Source: Kiritimatiella glycovorans (GTDB lineage Bacteria; Verrucomicrobiota; Kiritimatiellia; Kiritimatiellales; Kiritimatiellaceae). From it: a stretch of DNA of 32,000 nucleotides. The stretch's first letter is position 1, and each line of letters starts with the position of its first letter. Where the stretch lies: positions 1,800,001 to 1,832,000 of the forward strand of contig NZ_CP010904.1 of the NCBI RefSeq assembly GCF_001017655.1, read 5' to 3'. The position numbers and the translations under genes were made by a program. A model generated the notes under the pieces. That model did not search any database, was not told the origin of the DNA, and was given only the letters and a program-made list of their open reading frames with translations. Shown piece after piece: positions 8,269 through 15,787 of the stretch.

Positions 8269-8418
8269 CTTGCGTTAACCTATTGTGACCGCAGCTACGC
8301 GGTGAATTTGTCTGGCTCCCCGAAAGCAACCCCTGTCGAAACCATCGCAGCGGCTACTCATATCATTATGCCAGTCAAATTCGATTGTCAAAGAGCGGGT
8401 TGCGGTTCAACGCTACGT

Positions 8419-11055
8419 TCACCGAATCGGAATCACGTTTGCTTCGCCAATATGGGCGTATCTCTCGGGTACGCAGGTAAAGATCACTATCTGGCAGTTC
8501 TTAGCCGCCTTTGCCAGGACCGCGCCCATTAAACGCAAGCGATCTGGGTCCGTGTATCCCAGTGCATCGTCCAAGACCAGTGGCATGCCGCCGTCTTTGG
8601 CCACGATAACAGAGCAGGCCAATCGAAAGATCAGGGAAAGCTGTTCCTTTGTGCCGCCGCTTAGGAATTCAAATGGCTCGGTGATTCCGCTCAGCGTTCG
8701 ACTGGCTATCTGAAGGTCTTCGCTGATCTCTACTTGGAACGTGTCGTCGAAGAGCAGACGGCCAAGATGCTCAATCCCTTCCTTTAGCGGAGCCACATAA
8801 GCCTGCCGAGCCTTGTCGCGTTCCTCCCGCATTGTTTCGAAGAGAAGCCGTGCGGCAGCGGCACGCCGATTCAGAGCCCGATTACTGGCCTCGATCCGTT
8901 CCAAGCTGGTCTGCGCCGCGTGCAGTTTTTCATGAAGGCCTTCTTCACCATGAATGCGCAGCCGCTCTTGTGCTTGCGTCAGCTCTGTTTGGGCATCATT
9001 CCTTCGATTGCGAGTCGTCTGCAAAGAACCCTCGGCCGTTTCTGCCAACGCTTTCACTCGCTCGGGGTTCTTTGCTTTGAGGGCCTCCTCTGCTGAACGA
9101 ACGCGCTTCTCCTCGCCAGCCACATCCTGGGCGGCCTTTTCAACGGCAGCGTTCAGGTCTTTGTCGGCGGCGGCCTTTCTAGCCCTGGCAAGGCTTTCTC
9201 CTTTTCGTTCCGCATCTTTCTTCAGTAAATCAATCTGAACACGAGCCTCCTGGTGTTTTGCGCTCAAGTCGTCTCGCACATTTCGCGCTGCATCCAAAGA
9301 CGTGCGAGATGATTCCGATTGCTCGTTTGCCTCTTCCAGGGCTGACTCCGCCTTCGCACGATCATCCTTGGCGGTCCCCATGTCCGGGCTGATGGCAGGT
9401 TCTTTATCACGCTTGGAAAGATATTCAGGGACGCTTTGCTCAAGGCTGCGTAGTTTCTTCGAGAGATCCTCATAGGTCAGATCAAACAGATTCTCCTTCT
9501 CGACGCGATTCTTTTCCTCGACCTGGCGGGAAGCATCCTTCTTCGCTTCCATGGCCCGCCTTGCCTGTTCGGGGTCGGCAACATCCACAGAGCGGCATGC
9601 GTCATCAAGGTTCTTCTGAGCAGCGTCGACCTTCTTGGCATGTTCCTCCAAGCTTGAGCCTGCCGTGATTTCAATGTCGAGCATATCAGGAACGGTCAGC
9701 CGCAACCTGTCGGCAACGGATAGTGTCTGGACCTCGTCTTTGTCCAAAACTGTTTCGGCTTTGTCGATGTGGAGCGTGCTCTTGCTCAGTGCGCGAAGCA
9801 AGACGCTCGGGGCACGAGTGTCCAGGTGCGCTTTGGCGGTCGCCAGGTCCAGCTCAGCCTTCTCTATTGCCTTCAGCGCCTTGGGGTCGATCTTGGCTTG
9901 CGCCAGCGTTTCTTCCGCTTTGCCCGCACTTTCCCTGGCCCGGTCGATCCTTTCCTTGCGCTCGCGGAGCTGATCGAGAAAGAGCTTGTTTGTGTAGTAT
10001 TCGTAATCCGCTCGCCGAAGGGATGCCCGCGCATCGGCCGTCTTCTTGTTCTGCTCAGATTTGTTGGCGGCTTTCTGGGCCTTCTTGAAGTTCTCCTCTG
10101 CTTGGTTCAATGCGGCAAAAGCCATCTTGCTGTTTTCCTGGAGTTCACCATGTTCCTTGGCGGCTTGGTCTGAAGCCTTGATGAGATCCTCGCGGGCATC
10201 TCTGTCACGGCGCGCCGCTTCCACAGTCTTGTTGGCGGATTCCAACTTTGCCTGAGCTGTCTCAAGGGCTGCCTCAAATCTTCCTATCTCATCAAGAGAA
10301 GCAGTATGTCCGGCAACCTCCTTCTTCAATTCTTCCTCTCTGTTCTTTAGACCCTCCAATTCATGCTGAAGCGTGTCCACACGGTCAATGTCGTGATACA
10401 GATCACCGAGTTTGCGTTCGACTTCGGCAATATCAGCTTCGATAGACTCTTGGGAGTTTCGCGCCTCCTGGAGATCTTTTTTCTCCTGACCGGTTCCGGT
10501 GTAATAACGGGCATACTCCTCACGAGCCTTTTCAAACAGATCCTCTTCTTCCGGGTCTGCGGGTTGGCCGCCTGCTGTCTTGTCAAGGGCGGCAGACAGG
10601 GATGTTTGATCCGTCAATTTCGGCTGGTCAATGGCATCGCCTTGCTGGATCGACAGTGCCTTCCACAGATTAACGTCAAGCGTTTCCTTGAGAATGGTCT
10701 CGGCACGATCATGAGCGTCCCGCCCCGTGTAGTTTTCGGGTTTCGGCTTTGTGACAACAAGTTTGGTCTCCGGTTTCTTGAGAAAGCGTTTGGAATAGGT
10801 GAATGCGTAAGGTCCGCTTTCCGCTTCGAGTTCGATCTCGGGGCCAACGTCGCGATGGACAGGAGAGATCGCCTTGACCTTCTTGTGTTTGGAATTATCC
10901 GGAAACTCAAAGAGTATCCAGGAAGCCTCGCTGAGGCTCGTTTTTCCAGCTTCATTGGGTCCCTGGGCGAGTGTGATGCCGGATGCGCCGAACGTAATCT
11001 CGGAAGCGTCAATGCCGCGATAATTGGCAATTCGAAGCCGGATGTATTTCATCAC
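8419..11055 (-). CDS. SbcC/Rad50-like (YhaN-type) AAA ATPase with a long coiled-coil insert
   Basis: 878 aa. N-terminal Walker A in IRLRIANYRGI...LAQGPNEAGKTSLSEA. About 600 aa are Glu/Lys/Ala/Arg-rich heptad-like sequence. The C-terminal ABC signature and Walker B are FLSGGTKEQLSLIFRL...GMPLVLDDALGYTDPDRL. The start is GTG at 11055 or ATG at 11052, overlapping the upstream stop (GTGTGATGA). Confidence 0.85.
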   Translation of the reverse strand: MMKYIRLRIANYRGIDASEITFGASGITLAQGPNEAGKTSLSEASWILFEFPDNSKHKKVKAISPVHRDVGPEIELEAESGPYAFTYSKRFLKKPETKLVVTKPKPENYTGRDAHDRAETILKETLDVNLWKALSIQQGDAIDQPKLTDQTSLSAALDKTAGGQPADPEEEDLFEKAREEYARYYTGTGQEKKDLQEARNSQESIEADIAEVERKLGDLYHDIDRVDTLQHELEGLKNREEELKKEVAGHTASLDEIGRFEAALETAQAKLESANKTVEAARRDRDAREDLIKASDQAAKEHGELQENSKMAFAALNQAEENFKKAQKAANKSEQNKKTADARASLRRADYEYYTNKLFLDQLRERKERIDRARESAGKAEETLAQAKIDPKALKAIEKAELDLATAKAHLDTRAPSVLLRALSKSTLHIDKAETVLDKDEVQTLSVADRLRLTVPDMLDIEITAGSSLEEHAKKVDAAQKNLDDACRSVDVADPEQARRAMEAKKDASRQVEEKNRVEKENLFDLTYEDLSKKLRSLEQSVPEYLSKRDKEPAISPDMGTAKDDRAKAESALEEANEQSESSRTSLDAARNVRDDLSAKHQEARVQIDLLKKDAERKGESLARARKAAADKDLNAAVEKAAQDVAGEEKRVRSAEEALKAKNPERVKALAETAEGSLQTTRNRRNDAQTELTQAQERLRIHGEEGLHEKLHAAQTSLERIEASNRALNRRAAAARLLFETMREERDKARQAYVAPLKEGIEHLGRLLFDDTFQVEISEDLQIASRTLSGITEPFEFLSGGTKEQLSLIFRLACSVIVAKDGGMPLVLDDALGYTDPDRLRLMGAVLAKAAKNCQIVIFTCVPERYAHIGEANVIPIR

Positions 11056-12230
11056 ACACCCCTCCCAAGCCGAAGAAGGAGCATGAGCGCGTCCCGTGCC
11101 GTGGCGCTGTCGTCGCCATCTTCCTCGATGGTGCTTCGGAGCCGTTGCACTGCCGCATCCGCGAATCCGGAAAATCCAAGGTCGGTGAAATCCGTGTCGT
11201 CAGGAATCACAATTACGTTCTCATCCCGCACATCACAAGCGCCGAACACGTCGGCAGCGGAAGCAAGGTGATCTTGAAGTAAGGCGTGCAAGGAAAGGGT
11301 AAGCGAGCCAAGCAGATTCAGACGAATGACCGATCGCTCCTTATCCGAAACGTCTTCGAGCAGTTTCCGAAGCGATTCCACATCCTCGGCAGTATTCAGT
11401 TCACGCTGATGCTCGACAAAATGCCACTGGCCAACCTGCACTTCCTTGGTGGAAATCTCCCCATCGGCAATCTCGACCAGGTTGGCAAAGCCTGAATGCA
11501 TCTCGGTGAAATCCGTGGATTCAGGTGTGCCGGAGTACCAGATATAGTCGCCGCCTACCTTTGTGAGGGAATGGCGGTCTCCAAGGGCCACAAACTGAAC
11601 CTTGCCCTCTCCGATAGCCCGCTCGAGTTCGGTTACTTTCATGACCAGAGCGGAATCTTTGTCGGGGGTGAATTGATCGACGGCCCCATGCGCAACGCAA
11701 ATACGAACAACTCCGCTTGCGGGAGTCAGAGATTCGAGAGTTCCCACGATAGGATTGGCCGACGGTCGCTTGGACATCCACGGCGCGCCGACTATTTCAA
11801 TGCCGTCACCGAGATTGAGAGTGGTGGTATCTTCGATCACGTGAACATGGGACGGTTTGCGGTCTATGAAAACGCTTGAATGGTAGACAGACGCCGCGTC
11901 CAGTGGGTCGTGGTTGCCCGGCAGGATGTAAACCGGAACAGATACGTCCTTCAGAGCCTCCAGCGTGCGGGCAACCGTTTTTCTGTCCACCTGGTTCGAC
12001 TCGAATGTGTCGCCAGCCACCACTATAAACTGGCAGTGTTCCTTCTTGGCAATGCGGCCCATGGTTCGAATCGCGTCGAAGCGCGCCTGGCTGTAGCGCT
12101 CCTGTGCCCCTTCCGAAAGGAAGTGGCGAGTCATACCCAGTTGCCAGTCACTCGTATGTAGAAATCGAGTCACGTGTGGTTTCTCCAGATCGCCGCTATC
12201 GAGAATCTCAGTGTTTGCATCCGCAGCCAT
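11052..12230 (-). CDS. SbcD/Mre11-like calcineurin-type metallophosphoesterase (YhaO-type nuclease subunit)
   Basis: 392 aa. Phosphoesterase motifs appear in order: FLHTSDWQLG (motif I, with Gln where SbcD/Mre11 has His), VVAGDTFES (II), LPGNHD (III), VAHGAV and ALGDRHS. It lies immediately upstream of, and overlaps, the Rad50-like ATPase gene. Confidence 0.85.
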   Translation of the reverse strand: MAADANTEILDSGDLEKPHVTRFLHTSDWQLGMTRHFLSEGAQERYSQARFDAIRTMGRIAKKEHCQFIVVAGDTFESNQVDRKTVARTLEALKDVSVPVYILPGNHDPLDAASVYHSSVFIDRKPSHVHVIEDTTTLNLGDGIEIVGAPWMSKRPSANPIVGTLESLTPASGVVRICVAHGAVDQFTPDKDSALVMKVTELERAIGEGKVQFVALGDRHSLTKVGGDYIWYSGTPESTDFTEMHSGFANLVEIADGEISTKEVQVGQWHFVEHQRELNTAEDVESLRKLLEDVSDKERSVIRLNLLGSLTLSLHALLQDHLASAADVFGACDVRDENVIVIPDDTDFTDLGFSGFADAAVQRLRSTIEEDGDDSATARDALMLLLRLGRGV

Positions 12231-12244
12231 ACAACATGTGTGCG

Positions 12245-12460
12245 TTATGTGCGTGCATATCTATATGTTCCCTTGATGTTCTGTGCCAAGAAGCCCCCCT
12301 TGGATGGAGCCGCCTTCATTTGCTCAAAAAGAGTACTGGGCACGTCGAAGTACTGGTAGACACTGCCGTTTTTGAACTCAACAAACAACACTTGGCTAGC
12401 TTCATCGTATCCGAAGCGGGTAATGTTTGACGATTCCGGTGATTCGGTCCAATTTGTCAT
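12245..12460 (-). CDS. KTSC domain-containing small protein
   Basis: 71 aa. SSNITRFGYDEASQVLFVEFKNGSVYQYFDVPSTLFEQMKAAPSKGGFLAQNIKGTYRY matches my memory of the stand-alone KTSC (lysyl-tRNA synthetase C-terminal-like) domain. The ATG at 12460 lies 2 nt after the herA stop, with AAGGAG inside the last herA codons. Confidence 0.75.
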   Translation of the reverse strand: MTNWTESPESSNITRFGYDEASQVLFVEFKNGSVYQYFDVPSTLFEQMKAAPSKGGFLAQNIKGTYRYART

Positions 12461-12462
12461 GG

Positions 12463-14385
12463 TTATGTCTCCTTGTCGTTTTGCGGTGGGTTAACAGTGT
12501 TGGGAGGGGCCTTCTTGTGTTCGTAATGGGGACTCTGTTTCCGCCACAGGCGAACGACTGCCCCGTAGTCTGGTACGTCACGCTTTTGATTCCAACCACC
12601 CGCACCATCAAATCCATCCAGTTGGAGACTTCCGCGCACAACCACTCGGGGGTCTTCACTATCTGGCTTCCGGTTCTTGGCGGGAGGATCAATCAATGTG
12701 CGGATTGGAAGAGAGACAGCTTCGCCCACAATGATAGCTTCACCTGTACGAAGCACTGGCAACATATCGAACAGGCCTTTGAGGCTGTCCGATGCGGCAC
12801 TGGTCACATGGCCTCGGTCTGTCTCGTTAGCCAATCGCATGGCGCAGATGGTGCCGCATTGCGACAAGATTGTGGAATCAATCTCTGATGGGCGTTGGCT
12901 AACAAGCATCAGGCCAACACCATACTTCCGTCCTTCCTTTGCAATACGCCGCACCGCCATAGAAGCTGCTTCGGAACTATCTGCGCTCAAGTATGCATGA
13001 GCTTCTTCCAGGACAACGAGGAGTGGGCGTTCTCGGCCTCCTTCGGGCAGTTTTCTTGCCCAAAAAAGAGCATCGTAAATGATCCGCAGCAATGCTCCGA
13101 CCAAGTCATTAAGTACCGCGGACGGAATACCGGAGAGGTCCAAGATCGTAATTGGGCTATCTCCACCAATCCAATCCTGTAGCAGGGCGTCGAGATCTTT
13201 TACTGTCTTTCCCTCAACGTCTGGTAGCCAATCGCCCGGGTTAAACAAGAAACCAAAACGAGGGTCGCGAAGTTTCGACGCCAAGCTGGCCAATTGCTGG
13301 CGAATTCCAATGCCCCCTGTTCCGTGTTGGACGCGTTCTTCCGCTGGCCCAGTTGTTTTTACAGTGCGGTATGCAGGAGGCGTAACAGACATGGCATCCC
13401 CAGTTTGCTCCGGTTGGCCACTCGAATCCAGGACGTAGGCTGGCTCCAGCTCACCCGCACTTCCGCCCGGCTTCGGGACAACAGTCAAGTGCTCTCGTTT
13501 ATGAAGCTCAAGCCATAATTTGTGAACGCAGAACGGCACAGGGGAATCAACGGTAACTGTCTCTTTGGTTACTCCTTCACACGGGCTTTGTGTTAATGAC
13601 TCTCTCTTAAGGAGAAGCACAGAGTCAGTAAGTGTGGCGGCCTTTTGTCCGTCAAGACCTCCAAAGCCAACCTTGATCAATTCATCGAAGCTTAATGCCC
13701 AGAAAGGGATATGCAGGGGGCGTTCGCCCTTATCCTCATCAGCAGCGGTGACACGGAACACTGTGCTGCAATCCGCGAGCGCCTTGCCGTACTCCCCGTG
13801 AATATCGAGCACAAGAATGCGCGCTGAAGGATAGCGATTCGAATCTGCGAGAGATGTAAGAAGTCCAGCGACGGTGGTCGACTTTCCTGATCCAGTTGTG
13901 CCAACTACTGCCGCATGGCGGGTGATTAGTGTGTTGATGTTGACAAGGGCGGGAATTGCCTCGGTGCTTGCCAAGTGGCCCACTGAAACAAAATCATCGG
14001 GTTCGCCTGGACCATAAATGCTACGCAGGTCTTGCTCTGTAACGAGGTGTGCGTTATCACCAATGGTTGGATATTGCGAAATGCCGCGCTTGAACTCGCC
14101 TGACCGATGACCTTCTCCGACAAGCTGAACCTTCATCCATCGATAACCGTAAGGCTCGATCTGTGCTAATGACTCGGGTACGGCACCCGCGCCGACCTGC
14201 GACACAATCCCGAAGAGGTCGGTGAAGCCGATCGACACGCGGACAAAGCTCCCGATCTGTCCGATCCGATAACCATGACCATCGATGAAGGCCAACCCAG
14301 ATACTGTGTCCTTGTCAAGCGCGATGCTGATGGTTGCGCCTTGAACGTCCTGAACCGTTCCGAGATAGGTTGGGCTATTCGGCAT
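12463..14385 (-). CDS. herA: HerA-like (DUF87 / FtsK-HerA superfamily) ATPase, partner of SIR2
   Basis: 640 aa from the ATG at 14385 (MPNSPTYLGTVQDV...). It has an N-terminal barrel-like region, Walker A VVGTTGSGKSTTVAGL and Walker B PLLVVLEEAHAYL. The start overlaps the SIR2 stop by 11 nt. The upstream extension of the track ORF (to 14505) is rejected. Confidence 0.85.
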   Translation of the reverse strand: MPNSPTYLGTVQDVQGATISIALDKDTVSGLAFIDGHGYRIGQIGSFVRVSIGFTDLFGIVSQVGAGAVPESLAQIEPYGYRWMKVQLVGEGHRSGEFKRGISQYPTIGDNAHLVTEQDLRSIYGPGEPDDFVSVGHLASTEAIPALVNINTLITRHAAVVGTTGSGKSTTVAGLLTSLADSNRYPSARILVLDIHGEYGKALADCSTVFRVTAADEDKGERPLHIPFWALSFDELIKVGFGGLDGQKAATLTDSVLLLKRESLTQSPCEGVTKETVTVDSPVPFCVHKLWLELHKREHLTVVPKPGGSAGELEPAYVLDSSGQPEQTGDAMSVTPPAYRTVKTTGPAEERVQHGTGGIGIRQQLASLASKLRDPRFGFLFNPGDWLPDVEGKTVKDLDALLQDWIGGDSPITILDLSGIPSAVLNDLVGALLRIIYDALFWARKLPEGGRERPLLVVLEEAHAYLSADSSEAASMAVRRIAKEGRKYGVGLMLVSQRPSEIDSTILSQCGTICAMRLANETDRGHVTSAASDSLKGLFDMLPVLRTGEAIIVGEAVSLPIRTLIDPPAKNRKPDSEDPRVVVRGSLQLDGFDGAGGWNQKRDVPDYGAVVRLWRKQSPHYEHKKAPPNTVNPPQNDKET

Positions 14386-15583
14386 TGGTAGCCTCCAATG
14401 ACTGGCGGCTCTGCCCGACAAGTTCTCGCAGGAACTTACCCAATTCGGCGAAGTCACCAAGCGTGAAGTGTGTGATCCGTTTGCCTTGCTCATCCGCCGG
14501 ATCAATGGGAGGCCAATCCAGGCCAGTCATGTTATTGGTAGGGACAGACTCCGAGTCTTTCTCCGGCCATTGGACTTCTTGACCGCTAACAAGTCCTCCA
14601 TCCCTTGCCAGGAGAGAGAGGTTTGGTCGCCCGAGAGCGAGATCCTTGGCCTTTTTGTACTCTTCAAGTTTGTCGTAGAGCAAAGCAAAGGCGATAGCGG
14701 TCTGAGTACTTTGCAGCCCCTGCATGATTACTTCGTTGAGATGGTCGTCTCGGAATGAGTAACCGCACAGCACGAGTGCTGAAGAAGGCTGTTTCAAGAA
14801 TGCCCTGAGCCTATCGATCATGGCCAGGTAAGGCATTCTTCTGCTCTCGTCGTACTTCAAGTGCGATGGGTGTATGACCCGGGGGAGATCTGATTTGCCC
14901 GAGGAACCCCGGAGAACTCCCTTCTCCACGTGTTGGAACCAGTTGACAGAGCCGTGCAGTTTCCATAGGCGGGCCCAGCGCGGTGGAAGTTTGTCCTCCT
15001 CCATCGCTCGTATATCAAAGAATGGACTCAAGGAACCCGCAAAGCCGTCGAAGTATGGAACGCGGCGGTCTTCAAACGCCTGTTCCATCAAGAGGTCGTA
15101 ATTGGTTGTGAATATCTCGACAGGTATTTCCCGAGGAACGGCATCCGCCCACACGGCTGTGCTGTGGTATGGCGTTTCACTGGAAGGCAGGGCTTGGTCC
15201 ACCAACTCATGGATGATCTGGCAGATATCCGCGTCGAGTTTGTCGAGGTCGTCAGCAGAGAGATCCCGAACCTTTGAGCCACCGGCAACCACACGCAGGG
15301 CGCGGATATGGCTAAGCATGTCCTCCACGGTTGTGTCATTTCGGCAATCTTCCTTGAAGTGCTTATCCAAGATGCCCAGAAGTGGTTTGGTTTCTTTGCC
15401 ATCAGACAGTCTCTTGCGGACGACTTCCGTCAATCCCGCTATGTCCGGTATCAATGCTTTCTTGCCATCTTCGATTCGCACAGACACCGGGCAGCCAGCG
15501 CCCAGAAATAAGCCCAGAGGTTTCTTGTCGCTCGATAGGCATTGCTGCAAATATCCAACTTGTTTTTGGGGGTCACTATTCAT
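14375..15583 (-). CDS. SIR2-family (SIR2_2-like) NAD-binding/NADase protein, partner of HerA
   Basis: 402 aa. Motifs: LGLFLGAGCPVS (GAGxS NAD-binding), IFTTNYDLLMEQAF (TTNYD) and LWKLHGSVNW (catalytic His region). GGAGAG lies 8 nt upstream of the ATG at 15583. Confidence 0.85.
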   Translation of the reverse strand: MNSDPQKQVGYLQQCLSSDKKPLGLFLGAGCPVSVRIEDGKKALIPDIAGLTEVVRKRLSDGKETKPLLGILDKHFKEDCRNDTTVEDMLSHIRALRVVAGGSKVRDLSADDLDKLDADICQIIHELVDQALPSSETPYHSTAVWADAVPREIPVEIFTTNYDLLMEQAFEDRRVPYFDGFAGSLSPFFDIRAMEEDKLPPRWARLWKLHGSVNWFQHVEKGVLRGSSGKSDLPRVIHPSHLKYDESRRMPYLAMIDRLRAFLKQPSSALVLCGYSFRDDHLNEVIMQGLQSTQTAIAFALLYDKLEEYKKAKDLALGRPNLSLLARDGGLVSGQEVQWPEKDSESVPTNNMTGLDWPPIDPADEQGKRITHFTLGDFAELGKFLRELVGQSRQSLEATNAE

Positions 15584-15787
15584 GACATACTCTCCGGGAT
15601 GGTAACGATCCTTGTTGAACTAGCGCCCATCATTCGATTGTGCTTTTGGTTCGTTATCGCCACCACAATCACGCACCGACTCATCGACTTCGGGCAGTTT
15701 GAACTGGAGCAGTCTCCCAACTCGGGCGCGACGCCGTTATGCGATGTTGGCACCGGGTCGTAGTTCATGTTTCGCCCTTTCTGCGTC

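Noticed and set aside
8313-8319. Possible att-type direct repeat of the tRNA-Asn 3' end (TGGCTCC) near the low-GC block boundary
   Set aside because: Only 7 nt match (TGGCTCC at 8313-8319 against 28665-28671), too short to be meaningful by eye. No longer repeat of the tRNA 3' end was found near 5975-6030 either. This needs a computational repeat search.
8004-8418. Tested by eye as RNase P RNA, tmRNA, group II intron 3' end or retron ncRNA
   Set aside because: None of the signature motifs I know (GGAAAGTCCGGGC-type P4 region, tmRNA tag ORF, domain V consensus, or an adjacent reverse transcriptase) is present. It is kept only as a low-interest unexplained spacer.
9635-11271. Several 100-300-aa plus-strand ORFs opposite the sbcC-like and sbcD-like genes
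   Set aside because: These are antisense to a gene with clear Walker A, signature and Walker B motifs. Ser/Leu/Ala-rich antisense of a Glu/Lys/Ala coiled-coil coding region is expected.
12463-14505. Upstream 40-codon extension of herA (MIRRMSKANG...)
   Set aside because: It would overlap the SIR2 3' end by 130 nt. The ATG at 14385 gives the usual HerA N-terminus and the short overlap typical of coupled genes.
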